DNA of 64,000 nucleotides from an uncultured Pseudomonadales bacterium (GCA_943789335.1 CALSTS010000003.1:158774-222773); one strand, 5' to 3'. Counted from the stretch's first letter, positions 30,116 to 41,172 are shown. The notes: a model not told the origin generated them from the sequence alone. Translations and numbers: made by a program.

Positions 30116-30775
30116 TCAATTATAGAGTTGATGTTTCTTAATATATTTAATAACTTTATTTGGAATTAAATAGCGAACCGATTTATTGTCTTTTAATAAT
30201 TTCCTGATTTCACTTGAAGCTATCTCTAAAGGTGTAAAACTGTAAATCAATACTTTGCCATTTTTGTTTTTGCCTATTTCAGAGAAACTGGAAACCGTTC
30301 TATCAGCGCAATATTCTTGTATAGCTTGGGACGGATCAACATCCCAGCCGGGGCGAGAAATCACAATAATATGTGCAAGCTCAAATAATCTATGCCACTG
30401 CTTCCAACTATCCAATGTGTTAAACGCATCAGCACCTAAAAGTAAAAACAATCTGTCATTCGGATATTCAGTACGCAATGATTCAAGGGTCTTAATCATA
30501 TAAGACGGACCAGGTCTCATACATTCACGCACATCGACCACTAAGCGCTTTTCAGGCTTGGTCGCTTTATGCAGCATGGCAATACGATGTGGCGCAGCCA
30601 CCTCCGGCTCGTCTTTATGAACTGGGTGGTGACAAGGGATCAGGCGAACTTCATCTAATGAAAAATCTTGCTGTGCAGCCAAAGCTGTACTTAAGTGACC
30701 GAAATGAACCGGATCAAACATGCCACCCAAGATGCCAATACTTCTAATTTTGCTTTTAATTTCAGTTTTGGCCAT
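30116..30775 (-). CDS. nadD: Nicotinate-nucleotide adenylyltransferase
   Basis: GILGGMFDPVHFGHL (the (H/T)xGH motif) and ISSSEIR-like IASSEIR. Confidence 0.92.
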   Translation of the reverse strand: MAKTEIKSKIRSIGILGGMFDPVHFGHLSTALAAQQDFSLDEVRLIPCHHPVHKDEPEVAAPHRIAMLHKATKPEKRLVVDVRECMRPGPSYMIKTLESLRTEYPNDRLFLLLGADAFNTLDSWKQWHRLFELAHIIVISRPGWDVDPSQAIQEYCADRTVSSFSEIGKNKNGKVLIYSFTPLEIASSEIRKLLKDNKSVRYLIPNKVIKYIKKHQLYN

Positions 30776-32047
30776 CTACTTTCGGATGTGTCCATCGCCA
30801 AGGACTATATATTTCTGAGAGGTCAGCCCTTCTAAACCAACTGGACCTCTGGCATGGATTTTATCGGTCGAAATGCCTATTTCCGCGCCAAGCCCATACT
30901 CAAAACCATCGGCAAAGCGCGTCGATACATTGATCATCACCGAACTCGAATCCACTTCTCGTAGAAAGCGCATACCTCTTGCATAATCTTCCGACACAAT
31001 TGTATCCGTGTGTTGTGATCCATGCGTATTAATATGTTCAATAGCTTCATCCAGACCACTGACAACTTTAATGGACAATATTGGTGCTAAATATTCAGTT
31101 TCCCAATCCTCGCCCGTTGCAGCCTTAATGCCAGCAAGAACTCCTAGCGTCTTCTCACAACCTCTAAGTTCAACTTCCTTTTCATCATAGACCTGCATAA
31201 TTTGTGGTAAGAATTCTTCAGCCACGGACTCCGCTACTAACAAGGTTTCCATTGCGTTACAGACTCCATAGCGATTTGTCTTGGCGTTCAGCGCAATATT
31301 GACGGCTTTGGCCATATCAGCTCCATCATCAACATAAACATGACAAATGCCGTCCAGATGTTTGATCACAGGTACTCGAGCGTCTTGACTCACTCTCTCA
31401 ATAAGGCCTTTGCCGCCACGAGGTACAATGACATCAATATATTCCGGCATAGTAATCATGCAACCGACAGCTTCTCGGTCTGTCGTTTCAACAACTTGAA
31501 CGGCTGTAGCAGGTAATCCAGCCTTGCTCAGACCTTCGCTAATACAAACAGCAATAGCCTGATTAGAGTGAATAGCTTCTGATCCCCCACGCAAAATTGT
31601 GGCATTTCCCGATTTCAAACATAAACTGGCGGCTTCAGCTGTCACATTGGGCCGAGATTCATAGATGATTCCAATAACACCTAAGGGCACACGCATGCGA
31701 CCTACCTGAATACCGCTAGGCATATAGCGCAAGTCGTTTATTTCACCGACAGGATCAACCAAAGCGGCCACTTGTTGTAAACCTTCAATCATATTGTCAA
31801 TGCGCGCAGGCGTGAATTCCAGCCTATCTAACATAGCGGCAGTTAAACCTTTAGCCTTGCCCGCAGCTAAATCTTCAGCATTGGCGCTTATGAGTTGCTT
31901 TCGATTTGCTGCGATTGCCTCTGCCGTATAGAGCAAAGCTTGATTCTTTGCGTCTGTAGATGCGGCAGCCATTTCTCGGGATGCAGTTCGGGCGTTTTCC
32001 CCTAGTTGCTGCATCAGGCCCTTGATATCAGACATTTTCATTTCCAT
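30776..32047 (-). CDS. proA: Gamma-glutamyl phosphate reductase
   Basis: Aldehyde dehydrogenase fold with the [10 protein letters not shown] catalytic Cys region. 423 aa. Confidence 0.93.
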   Translation of the reverse strand: MEMKMSDIKGLMQQLGENARTASREMAAASTDAKNQALLYTAEAIAANRKQLISANAEDLAAGKAKGLTAAMLDRLEFTPARIDNMIEGLQQVAALVDPVGEINDLRYMPSGIQVGRMRVPLGVIGIIYESRPNVTAEAASLCLKSGNATILRGGSEAIHSNQAIAVCISEGLSKAGLPATAVQVVETTDREAVGCMITMPEYIDVIVPRGGKGLIERVSQDARVPVIKHLDGICHVYVDDGADMAKAVNIALNAKTNRYGVCNAMETLLVAESVAEEFLPQIMQVYDEKEVELRGCEKTLGVLAGIKAATGEDWETEYLAPILSIKVVSGLDEAIEHINTHGSQHTDTIVSEDYARGMRFLREVDSSSVMINVSTRFADGFEYGLGAEIGISTDKIHARGPVGLEGLTSQKYIVLGDGHIRK

Positions 32048-32106
32048 TGCATTAAAAAGAGCGCGATTATACCTGATTATTGTTCTAAACAGAGTAAAGA
32101 GCCAGC

Positions 32107-32391
32107 TTATAAGTCTGGAATAGATAGCTCTCCGCTTATAATTTTTTCTTTTTCAGTTCGTGTTAAGTTCTTAATTCTGTATTCCAGCCTTGAAGCTTCG
32201 GAGCGATCACCGACTTTAGTAAAAAATTCGAGACTAAGCGGTCCCTTCCCTCGCAAAAATTTGGCGGCAAGCCTGCCTCCGTCTTGATGTTCTTGAAAAC
32301 GGCGTTTAACATCTGTGCTTATTCCGGTATAAATTTTTCGGTGAGCTGTTTTTATTAAATACAAGCTCCAAACTGGTTTTTTGTTAGTCAA
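32107..32391 (-). CDS. yhbQ: GIY-YIG domain protein, UPF0213/YhbQ family
   Basis: [36 protein letters not shown] parallels E. coli YhbQ. Confidence 0.8.
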   Translation of the reverse strand: MTNKKPVWSLYLIKTAHRKIYTGISTDVKRRFQEHQDGGRLAAKFLRGKGPLSLEFFTKVGDRSEASRLEYRIKNLTRTEKEKIISGELSIPDL

Positions 32392-32569
32392 TGTTCAACC
32401 CTCTTGATATTTCTACAACTTATTGAAAAATACACGGGCTTTCACTGGAAATTTTACCTATTTCCTTGTATAAATGCGGCTCCTTTTTGAGGGAGACCCC
32501 CAATCAAAAACCAATCCTAAATCTGGCCTACTATTTGACCAGAAATAGCAGCAAAGGAATATCCAAAAG

Positions 32570-33739
32570 ATGTATAAAATTCAGACCTTTAACCAAATTT
32601 CTGATAAAGGACTGTCACGTTTCTCAAGTTCAGATTACGAAGTTTCATCTGAGATTGAAGATGCTGATGCAATTATCCTTCGCAGTTTCAAACTATCCAT
32701 GGACAATGTCACCCCTAGCCTAAAGGCCGTTGGTCGAGCTGGTGCCGGTGTTAACAATGTCCCTGTTGATGATTACACCAAACAAGGCATTGTGGTGTTT
32801 AACACACCTGGTGCTAATGCTAACGCAGTAAAAGAACTTGTGATCTGCGGCATGTTACTTGCCTCACGTGGAATTGTTCCGGGAATAAACTGGGTCAATT
32901 CTCTATCTGAGCAAGAAGATTTAAGTGGACTAGGGCCGCAAGTTGAAGCAGGCAAGAAAAACTTCAAAGGTTCAGAGCTCGCTGGCAAAACGTTGGGCGT
33001 AGTTGGTCTGGGCGCGATTGGTGCCATGGTGGCAAATGCAGCCATTGAACTTGGTATGAAAGTAATCGGTTATGACCCCGCTATTTCTATTGAAGCTGCC
33101 TGGCGCCTGTCTAACCAAGTAGAAAAGCAAGAAAGCATGCCTGCTTTACTGGCTAAATCTGACTTTGTCAGCCTGCATTTACCGATGCTAGACAGCACTC
33201 GCAATCTTATTGACGAAAAAGCTGTTAACTATTTTAAATCTGGCGCGGTATTACTGAACTTTTCTCGCGATGCGATCGTAAACACTAAAGCAATCTTGCA
33301 AGGACTTGATAGCGATAAAGTTAGAAAGTATGTATGTGACTTTCCAACTCAAGAATTACTCAATCATGAGAAAGCTATACTGATGCCTCATATTGGCGCC
33401 AGTACTGAAGAAGCTGAAGATAACTGCGCAGTGATGGCTGTTGATCAGATTAGCGATTTTCTGGAAAACGGCAATATCAAGAACTCGGTTAACTTCCCAC
33501 AGATATCCATGGATAGAAATGGTGCTGTTCGACTGGCTATCGTTAATGAAAATATTCCTGGCATGCTGGGTAAAATCACCTCAGTGCTTGCGGAGAAGAA
33601 CATTAACGTATTGGAATTATCAAATAAAAGCCGTGGCGATATAGCTTATAACTTGATCGACATTGAAAGTCGTCCTGATGACGCTACTATTGCTGATATC
33701 CAAGATATTGAAAATGTCACAAAAGCGTGGATAGTCTAA
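32570..33739 (+). CDS. serA: D-3-phosphoglycerate dehydrogenase with a C-terminal ACT domain
   Basis: 2-hydroxyacid dehydrogenase NAD motif GVVGLGAIG and the catalytic His region (PHIGAST). ACT-like C-terminus. Adjacent to serC. Confidence 0.85.
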   Translation: MYKIQTFNQISDKGLSRFSSSDYEVSSEIEDADAIILRSFKLSMDNVTPSLKAVGRAGAGVNNVPVDDYTKQGIVVFNTPGANANAVKELVICGMLLASRGIVPGINWVNSLSEQEDLSGLGPQVEAGKKNFKGSELAGKTLGVVGLGAIGAMVANAAIELGMKVIGYDPAISIEAAWRLSNQVEKQESMPALLAKSDFVSLHLPMLDSTRNLIDEKAVNYFKSGAVLLNFSRDAIVNTKAILQGLDSDKVRKYVCDFPTQELLNHEKAILMPHIGASTEEAEDNCAVMAVDQISDFLENGNIKNSVNFPQISMDRNGAVRLAIVNENIPGMLGKITSVLAEKNINVLELSNKSRGDIAYNLIDIESRPDDATIADIQDIENVTKAWIV

Positions 33740-33792
33740 GCAGTTTTTAATTTACAGTTAACAATTAACTATTAAACAAATCGGACAAATAA

Positions 33793-34884
33793 ATGACTAA
33801 GCAGGTATACAACTTTGGTGCAGGACCCGCGATGTTGCCAGTTCCAGTAATGCAACAAATTCAGGAAGAGTTTCTAGATTTCCAGGGGATGGGAGTTTCC
33901 CTCATTGAAATCAGTCATCGTTCGAAAGAGTTTGAAGCTGTAATTAATAACTGTGATGAATTAATTCGAGAGCTAGCAGACCTGCCCCAAAATTATAAAA
34001 TTCTTTATACCCATGGTGGCGCTCAAATGCAGTTTGCCGGAGTTCCGCTTAACTTGCTTGGACTAAAACCCGCACATAAAGCGATTTATAGTGAGTCAGG
34101 TAATTTTTCCAAATTGGCTAATAAAGAAGCTGCTCGCTACGGTGAAATTATCATTGCGACGTCTAGCGCTGATACAGACTACGACCGTATTCCAGCACTA
34201 ACAAAAGATATGATTCCTGATGATGCTTCCTATGCCTACATCACCAGCAATAACACTATTTACGGTACTCGCTATAGTGAATACCCTGATACAGGTGATA
34301 CGCCGCTGGTTATTGATGCCACTTCTGATATGTTTTCTCATGTAGTGGACTTTTCAAAAATCGGCGTAATGTTCGCTGGCATGCAAAAAAATCTTGGGCC
34401 ATCAGGTACCGCCGCTGTAATTATTCGTGAAGACCTGATTGGTCATGCTATGGAAAAGACTCCTTCGCTACTTGATTATGCCGTTTACGAAAAATCACAC
34501 TCTATGGCGAATACAATTAACACCTTTGCAATCTATACCATGAGTCTGGTTATGCAATGGCTGAAAGATCAGGGTGGTATTGCGGCCATAGAAAAAGTTA
34601 ACCGAGTTAAAGCGGCTACGCTTTATGATGTTATCGATCAAAGCTCTTATTATTCTGGTACTGCGCATGTTGATCACCGCTCCAACATGAATGTGACTTT
34701 CACTTTGCCTGATGATGAATCAACTGCTGCATTTTTAAAACAAGCCGGCGACATTGGCTTATATGCACTCAAAGGCCATCGTAATGTCGGTGGCGTCAGG
34801 GCATCAATCTACAATGCTATGCCTTTGGCTGGTTGTGAAAAACTAGCTGAGTTCATGAAGGAATTTGAACGCACGCAAGGTTAA
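33793..34884 (+). CDS. serC: Phosphoserine aminotransferase
   Basis: YNFGAGPAMLP..EISHRSKEF..MQKNLGPSG motifs. Confidence 0.93.
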   Translation: MTKQVYNFGAGPAMLPVPVMQQIQEEFLDFQGMGVSLIEISHRSKEFEAVINNCDELIRELADLPQNYKILYTHGGAQMQFAGVPLNLLGLKPAHKAIYSESGNFSKLANKEAARYGEIIIATSSADTDYDRIPALTKDMIPDDASYAYITSNNTIYGTRYSEYPDTGDTPLVIDATSDMFSHVVDFSKIGVMFAGMQKNLGPSGTAAVIIREDLIGHAMEKTPSLLDYAVYEKSHSMANTINTFAIYTMSLVMQWLKDQGGIAAIEKVNRVKAATLYDVIDQSSYYSGTAHVDHRSNMNVTFTLPDDESTAAFLKQAGDIGLYALKGHRNVGGVRASIYNAMPLAGCEKLAEFMKEFERTQG

Positions 34885-34904
34885 AAATAAATTAGCAATT
34901 AGGT

Positions 34905-34932
34905 AAAAAAGCAGCCCAAGGGCTGCTTTTTT
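34905..34932 (+). terminator. Rho-independent terminator after serC
   Basis: AAAAAA-GCAGCC-CAAG-GGCTGC-TTTTTT, read directly. Confidence 0.85.
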
Positions 34933-35228
34933 ATTTCCTAATATTATTTTTAAAAGCTTTCTTTACCTTATGCCCGTTTTCGGTCAAAAGCGGACGTTTA
35001 CGTATTTAGGATATACAGAAAATTATCGATGTTTTTGATTATACATCTTTGCATCTTGGGAAAACGTAACTGCAATATAGTAGAATAAATAATAGAGTTT
35101 TTCGATTTAGGGCTTTAACTTTTCAATACCTTTCTAGTAATGTTTGAGACCGAGATTAAGAAATATTGAAATTGCTCTGCTATTAAAAGATAAATTCGTT
35201 AATATAATTCTGAGTTATTGTTCTTTAA

Positions 35229-36251
35229 ATGAGGCAAATAAAAGTGACAGAAAATACAAGTAAGATAGACATAGCCATTGATGAATTAAATTCAATCGTT
35301 GAAAAAAGCTTACATGCCATTGGCGTGCCGGAAACTGATATAGCGACGGTCAAAGATATTTTAATGTACGCAGAATTACGTGGAAACAATCAAGGTCTGG
35401 TTAAAATTGTGGGCCGTAATGTGGTACCAAGTCCCGACTCTCAACCTATTGAGATCACCAAACGTATGCCTTGTGCGGCCCATATCAAAGGTAATGGTAA
35501 TGTGGGTATGGTGGTGGTTAAACAGGCAATGGAAGAAGCCTGTGATCTGGCAAATACTTATGGCATGGGCATAGTTGGAACCAGTCATACGTCGACCTCG
35601 ACAGGAGCTATCGGTTATTACGCAGAGCATATTGCTAACGAAAATCTGATTGGCATCATTATGGCTGGGTCGCCCAAAGCGGTGGCAATTTCCGGAGGTA
35701 TTGACCCAGTCCTTGGAACAAACCCAATTGCTATTGGTGTACCGAGCAAAAATGGACCGGTTGTTCTGGATATGGCTACAGCTGCCATGGCCTACTTTGG
35801 TTTGATCCAGGCAGATCGCCGAAACGAAAGCATCCCAGATGATGTCGCCTATGATCAGGATGGAACTGCCACTAGCAATCCAGCTGCAGCATTAAAAGGG
35901 GCTATCAAAGCTTTTAGTGGGCATAAGGGGTCAGGTTTAGCGTTGATGGTTGAAATCCTGACTGGGCCACTACTGGGTGCGACAATTTATGGTGATGAGG
36001 ACGTAGGCAAAAATAATGGCAATCTTGTCATTGCCATCAATCCTAATACTATGGGTGGACTAGGGGAATTTTTAAACAGAGTAGATACTTTGTTAGGACG
36101 TCTTAAAACAGGTCGTCTTGCTACAGATAACCAACAGATCTTTCTACCTGGAGAAAGAGGCAATGCGGAGGCTCAGTCCAAACTAGACAAAAACCTGATA
36201 AGCCTTGATCGAGACCTTTTAGAGCAATTGAAAGAAATAGCACAAGCATAA
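35229..36251 (+). CDS. Ldh_2 family (malate/L-lactate/ureidoglycolate/sulfolactate-type) NAD(P)H oxidoreductase
   Basis: Length and motifs (GHKGSGLALMVEIL, GLGEF) fit the Ldh_2 family. The real start may be GTG 35244. Confidence 0.7.
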   Translation: MRQIKVTENTSKIDIAIDELNSIVEKSLHAIGVPETDIATVKDILMYAELRGNNQGLVKIVGRNVVPSPDSQPIEITKRMPCAAHIKGNGNVGMVVVKQAMEEACDLANTYGMGIVGTSHTSTSTGAIGYYAEHIANENLIGIIMAGSPKAVAISGGIDPVLGTNPIAIGVPSKNGPVVLDMATAAMAYFGLIQADRRNESIPDDVAYDQDGTATSNPAAALKGAIKAFSGHKGSGLALMVEILTGPLLGATIYGDEDVGKNNGNLVIAINPNTMGGLGEFLNRVDTLLGRLKTGRLATDNQQIFLPGERGNAEAQSKLDKNLISLDRDLLEQLKEIAQA

Positions 36252-36365
36252 AACCTATGCCTCCAGCTAAGCAGAAAAAGATCTTGGTTTTAGGGACCGG
36301 TGTCAAAAGAGAAAGTACTGCCTTCCTCTTTTAAATTTTAATTAAAAAAGTAGGAATAAGATTCC

Positions 36366-37034
36366 ATGACTCTTTACAACAAACACCTTAACCTGCAAAC
36401 AATTGTTATTGCATTCAGTTTTTTAATCCTAACAAGCTGCACGCAGGGACCGCCAAAAGAAGAGGGTGAATTCAATGAGTCTGACCTGGTTGAATTAATC
36501 ACTCTCGATCCAACCTTTAAACTAGATATAAGGTATGCAACAGACAATAACCTAGTCGGAAGACCTGTTTATACTGAAGCAAGGGCATTTTTACAGCGCC
36601 CTGCAGCTGAAGCCTTGGCTGAAATAAATAGTGAGCTTAAGCCGCTAGGATTCGGACTAATGATTTTCGATGGCTACCGCCCATGGAGTGTGACAAAAAC
36701 TTTTTGGGATATAACCCCAGATGAAGACAAAATATTTGTTGCCGACCCCAAACAAGGCTCACGACATAATAGAGGTTGCGCAATCGATCTGAGTTTATAT
36801 GACCTTGTAACAGGCGAAGAAATAGAAATGACCGGCGTTTATGATGAGATGACTGAGCGTTCTTATCCTGATTACGAAGGAGGAACAAGTGATCAGAGAG
36901 AAATGCGCGATTTACTAAGATCCAAGATGGAAGCCCATGGTTTCACCGTCTATGAATTTGAGTGGTGGCATTTTGACTATGATGATTGGGAAAAATATAG
37001 AATTGAGAATATTCCTTTCTCCGAGATAAATTAG
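36366..37034 (+). CDS. ddpX: D-alanyl-D-alanine dipeptidase (VanX/DdpX, M15D), probable lipoprotein
   Basis: Lipobox LTSC and zinc/catalytic motifs SRHNRGCAIDL and EWWHFDY. Confidence 0.85.
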   Translation: MTLYNKHLNLQTIVIAFSFLILTSCTQGPPKEEGEFNESDLVELITLDPTFKLDIRYATDNNLVGRPVYTEARAFLQRPAAEALAEINSELKPLGFGLMIFDGYRPWSVTKTFWDITPDEDKIFVADPKQGSRHNRGCAIDLSLYDLVTGEEIEMTGVYDEMTERSYPDYEGGTSDQREMRDLLRSKMEAHGFTVYEFEWWHFDYDDWEKYRIENIPFSEIN

Positions 37035-37038
37035 AATT

Positions 37039-37068
37039 AAAAAATTCTTGAGGAAATACTCTCAAGAA
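37039..37068 (-). terminator. Hairpin terminator downstream of the SulP gene; also sits behind ddpX on the other strand
   Basis: TTCTTGAG-N8-CTCAAGAA is an 8-bp perfect stem flanked by an A6 run on the plus strand, which is T6 after the hairpin on the minus strand. Confidence 0.7.
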
Positions 37069-37089
37069 AAACCCTTTAAATCTGGAAGT

Positions 37090-38838
37090 CTAAAAACCCG
37101 GCTTTTCTTTGGCATTTTGGTAATTGCTATGAAGTATGCCTTCTATTGCTTGATGCTGAGACAGAAATATCTTTCCATTAAGATGCTCTAGAAAATCAGA
37201 TTTTTTTAGATGATCCATTACTGGCCCTTTTACTTCAGAAAAATGAAAACCAATATCTAATTCAATTAGATACTGATTAATGGATTCCAGAACTTCCAGT
37301 GCGCTGATATCAATTTCATTGATAGCTGGACACATTAAAACAATATGTTTCAATTCTTCTCGTTCCGCAATCCGTTGTAAAATCTGATCTTCCAAATAAC
37401 TAGCATTTGGAAAATATAAACTCTCATCGACTCTTAATGTCAGTATTTCAGGGTAGGTAATTACCTTATGCCTGTTTATATTTCTGTAATGTTCCGTGCC
37501 TGCTATCTGACCGACTTCTGCTATATGCGGCTTAGTGGTTTTATATAAATGCAGAAATATCGAAATCGCCACACCAGAAAGCACACCTATTTCGACACCA
37601 CTAAGGAGAGTAATCACTATCGTTAATAAAACGGCAATAAAATCAGACCGAGAATAATTCCAGGTCTTTTTCAGAATTGAAAAATCAATCAAATTACTAA
37701 CTGCCACAATAATCGTGGCGGCCAAGGTAGCAGTAGGCAAATAAGACAATAAACCCGTGAGAGTCATGGCAGCCAAGGCAATTCCTATTGCCGTCATAAA
37801 CCCAGCTAGAGGCGTTTCAGCACCGGAATTATAATTCACAATAGAGCGTCCTATTCCTCCAGTAACTGGAATACCTCCGGAATAAGCAGATGCGATATTG
37901 GCAGTGCCCAAGCCTATCAATTCCTGATTAGAATCTATCTTCTGTCGCTTTTTTGCACCTAAAGTGCGGCCAATGGACACAGATTCCACATATCCAATTA
38001 TCGAAATAAAGATTGCTGGCAGGATAAAATCAATCCAATTACCATTACTAAAAACTGGCAATGCAAGTGATGGCAAGCCTCTCGGTATTTCCCCAACAAT
38101 TGCCAATCCTGAGGCTTCCAAATTAAATTGATAAGCAAGAGTGCAGGTCAGAATTACAACAAGAACTGGTGCAACTTTTGGTAATAACTTAATTATTTTT
38201 TGCGGAGCTGAAAAATAGTTGAGTAAGCGTATCAGTCCACTTCTTGACCAGAATAAAAATAGCAAAACCGGAATGCCAAGCATCATAGTTGTAGTGTTAG
38301 CTGATTGGATATTTAGCATTATTGTTTCAACTAACTCCAGTACATTATCGCCACTGGCTTGAATGCCAAGTATGTGTCTAAACTGACTAAGCCCTATGAT
38401 AATACCTGAGGCTGTAATAAACCCAGACACCACAGGGTGCGATAAAAAATTAGCCAAAAAGCCTAACTTGAGAAAACCCATTAGCACTAAAAACATGCCT
38501 GATAAGAAAGCAAGCATAATGGCAGCGTTTATGTAATCAATTTCATTTTCTATCCCGAGGTTTTGTATGGCCGCCGCTGTCATAAGTGATGCTATTGCTA
38601 CCGGGCCGACTGAAAGTGTTCTACTGGTACCAAAAATTGCATAAACCATGAGCGGTAGAATGCTGGCATACAATCCAAGCTGGGGAGGTGCCCCTGCCAA
38701 TAAGGCATAGGCCAATGACTGCGGGATCAACATAATCGTCACAATCACTGCCGCTATCAGATCACTAGTAAAATGTGAGTATTGATAGCCTTTTAACCAC
38801 TGCAAGCAGGGAAATATATTTTCAATTTTAATATTCAA
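37090..38838 (-). CDS. SulP-family anion (sulfate/bicarbonate) permease with a C-terminal STAS domain
   Basis: Multi-TM N-terminal part with Sulfate_transp-like motifs, then a STAS-like C-terminus. 582 aa. Confidence 0.85.
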   Translation of the reverse strand: MNIKIENIFPCLQWLKGYQYSHFTSDLIAAVIVTIMLIPQSLAYALLAGAPPQLGLYASILPLMVYAIFGTSRTLSVGPVAIASLMTAAAIQNLGIENEIDYINAAIMLAFLSGMFLVLMGFLKLGFLANFLSHPVVSGFITASGIIIGLSQFRHILGIQASGDNVLELVETIMLNIQSANTTTMMLGIPVLLFLFWSRSGLIRLLNYFSAPQKIIKLLPKVAPVLVVILTCTLAYQFNLEASGLAIVGEIPRGLPSLALPVFSNGNWIDFILPAIFISIIGYVESVSIGRTLGAKKRQKIDSNQELIGLGTANIASAYSGGIPVTGGIGRSIVNYNSGAETPLAGFMTAIGIALAAMTLTGLLSYLPTATLAATIIVAVSNLIDFSILKKTWNYSRSDFIAVLLTIVITLLSGVEIGVLSGVAISIFLHLYKTTKPHIAEVGQIAGTEHYRNINRHKVITYPEILTLRVDESLYFPNASYLEDQILQRIAEREELKHIVLMCPAINEIDISALEVLESINQYLIELDIGFHFSEVKGPVMDHLKKSDFLEHLNGKIFLSQHQAIEGILHSNYQNAKEKPGF

Positions 38839-39170
38839 AAGTACTGCTCATTTTTTATCAAAAGTGGGCTTTAATAAAAGTATTTATCGGTGCTTTTAAT
38901 TAAACCATATTATTTTTTCGCCGCTTACATAAGATACAGCTCCCAATGGGCAATCAACATTCAAGACGGTATTGATAATTGCACAGGGATTGGAACTAGG
39001 ATATTTTGGGGTATAACTAAAACTCTAAAATCATCATTAAGCGCTTTAACTTCAGGCTTTCTATCCTGATCAATATGAATATTTAATTTATTGCTCATCA
39101 ATTCCCTTCCTAATATTTTAAATATGGCGCGTTAATCTTAATGCTATTAGCAAATTATTTTGGATGTCAG

Positions 39171-39614
39171 TTAAGTACTTTTAGGCAGCCAATTAAAAGC
39201 CATCATGCCAGCCAACATAGCTAATAAGAAAACAATAATATCTGTTTCTAGCGTAACTAATCCCGTTAAAGCTGGACCAGGGCAAAGGCCCACTAAGCCC
39301 CAGCCAATTCCAAATAAAGCAGCTCCCGTAACAAGTTTTTTATCTATTACTGTTTTTTCTGGCAATAAATATTTAAGGGCAAAAAAAGGTTGGTCTTTAC
39401 GCTTTATTAATTGAAAGCCTGGAATAGTTATCAATAATGCGCCCAACATGACTAAGATTAGCGCCGGATCCCAAACACCAAAGATATCCAAAAACGACAG
39501 AATTTTTTCAGGATTGACCATTTCCGAAATGGTCAATCCAACACCAAACAACAAGCCTGTCAAAAATGCGGCCATACTGTAAGCGATCACTTTTTCTACT
39601 TTAACATTTGTCAT
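39171..39614 (-). CDS. YeeE/YedE-type half-size sulfur-compound transporter subunit (DUF6691-like)
   Basis: 4-TM protein with GLCPGP. Paired with the preceding YeeE/YedE half. Confidence 0.7.
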   Translation of the reverse strand: MTNVKVEKVIAYSMAAFLTGLLFGVGLTISEMVNPEKILSFLDIFGVWDPALILVMLGALLITIPGFQLIKRKDQPFFALKYLLPEKTVIDKKLVTGAALFGIGWGLVGLCPGPALTGLVTLETDIIVFLLAMLAGMMAFNWLPKST

Positions 39615-39623
39615 TTTTATAGC

Positions 39624-40067
39624 CTAAAAAACATGTCGGATAAGTGCCACTGTAATGATGGCTGTTAACATAAATATTATTGTGGCTGTAATAGAGCGCC
39701 AGGAAAATCGAGCGATACCACAAACTGAATGACCACTTGTACAGCCACTGCCCATTCGTGTGCCAAGACCCACAAGAAAACCGCCTACAATGATTACAGG
39801 TAATGACGCCTGCATTTCAAAAACAAAAGGCCGCTGAAAAACTAATGGCGCTAAAAGGCCCCCACCAAGCAAACCCGCTATAAAGGCAACTCGCCAGAAG
39901 GTATCCCCTTTAGCCGGAAACATAACTCCGGATAAGATGCCGCTTATGCCTGCTATCCTGCCATTAAATAACAGCAAAAGTGTCGCGGCCAAGCCAATAA
40001 AAATACCACCAATTAAACTCCACATAATGCCCTCTAGCCTAAGCTCTTTGAAAACTATTTTGTACAA
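39624..40067 (-). CDS. YeeE/YedE family sulfur-transport membrane protein (half-size)
   Basis: 4-TM protein with the GSGCTSGH motif typical of YeeE/YedE. Confidence 0.75.
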   Translation of the reverse strand: MYKIVFKELRLEGIMWSLIGGIFIGLAATLLLLFNGRIAGISGILSGVMFPAKGDTFWRVAFIAGLLGGGLLAPLVFQRPFVFEMQASLPVIIVGGFLVGLGTRMGSGCTSGHSVCGIARFSWRSITATIIFMLTAIITVALIRHVF

Positions 40068-40092
40068 TTGAAATCATAAGGATATTCACTAT

Positions 40093-41052
40093 TTAAACAT
40101 CTTCCGTATTTACTTCTTCCAGGATGTCGCCAAAAATATCCATAGCTATCGCTTTTATATCATAAGAAATTTTTTGAAAAAGATGACGGGACGGCGCATT
40201 TTTACGCCATGAAGCAACATGAGTTCGATTAATTTTTTCATCTTGCAAATCTAACACTTTGATTCTGTCATCTTCGCTAATACTGGCATGAACATATAAA
40301 CCGGGCATAAATGCAATACCCATGTTCATAATCACCATTTGTTTCAGTGTGTTTAGACTGTTGCTGGCAAATTTTTGTTGAGCATGAGCAGTATAACGCT
40401 CACATAAGGTGGCAATTTGTCTATGTAAATGATGCCTTTCATCCATGGTTAGCACTTCCTGATTATACAAATCTTTGCCTTCCAAGATTTCTTTCCCTGC
40501 TAGCGGATGATCATGAGAAAGTACAATGGATATTGGCTCTATAAAAAGTGGTCTAACTCGATTCTCACTAGAATGCATCGGCAACATCGTGAGAATGAAA
40601 TCGTAATCGCCTTTATCCAAACCCTCCTCAAGCTCTTGTGGTACACCTTCACGCACATGTAATTGCAAGGCTGGATAACGTTTGTGAAGTTCTATCAAGA
40701 CCTTTGAGAATAAGTAAGGTCCTATAGTGGGTGATACTCCAATCTTGAAAGTGCCACTGAGTTCTTTATTACTACTATCAGCCAGATCAATCACTTGCTG
40801 AAACTGTTCGAGTAATTGTCTGACCACCGGCAGTAATTCTCGCCCGGCGGGCGACAACAACGTCCCTGCACGAGAGCGCTCAAACAACTTAACCCCTAGA
40901 GCATCTTCTAGAGTAGCTATTTGACTAGTTAATGTCGGTTGACTGATATTAAGTTTTTGAGCAGCCTTCCTAAAGTTAGAAGACATGGCAATATTAACGA
41001 AATATTCTAATTGTCGAATGGAGGGCTGCTTATTCTTGTCTTTAGGTTCCAT
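40093..41052 (-). CDS. LysR-family transcriptional regulator (OxyR-like layout but lacking the redox Cys)
   Basis: N-terminal wHTH (IRQLEYFVNIA..SQPTLTSQI..LE..LGVKLFER). The substrate-binding domain has RHHLHRQ where OxyR has GHCLRDQ. Confidence 0.85.
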   Translation of the reverse strand: MEPKDKNKQPSIRQLEYFVNIAMSSNFRKAAQKLNISQPTLTSQIATLEDALGVKLFERSRAGTLLSPAGRELLPVVRQLLEQFQQVIDLADSSNKELSGTFKIGVSPTIGPYLFSKVLIELHKRYPALQLHVREGVPQELEEGLDKGDYDFILTMLPMHSSENRVRPLFIEPISIVLSHDHPLAGKEILEGKDLYNQEVLTMDERHHLHRQIATLCERYTAHAQQKFASNSLNTLKQMVIMNMGIAFMPGLYVHASISEDDRIKVLDLQDEKINRTHVASWRKNAPSRHLFQKISYDIKAIAMDIFGDILEEVNTEDV

Positions 41053-41172
41053 ACTTACTTCCTCACGACCCCGGCTTTTGAGTATTAAGAGGTTTTAGAT
41101 AAATCATGATAGCTTTTAACTAATTAAAATATAATTTAAATTAGTTAAAACGTATAAGCAAGTGTTTTATTC

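Noticed and set aside
34940-35228. The 290-bp gap after the serC terminator, examined for an RNA gene or mobile-element end.
   Set aside because: It contains only weak, short hairpins (for example CCGTTTT..AAAAGCGG). There are no repeats shared with other parts of the window and no promoter/terminator pair.
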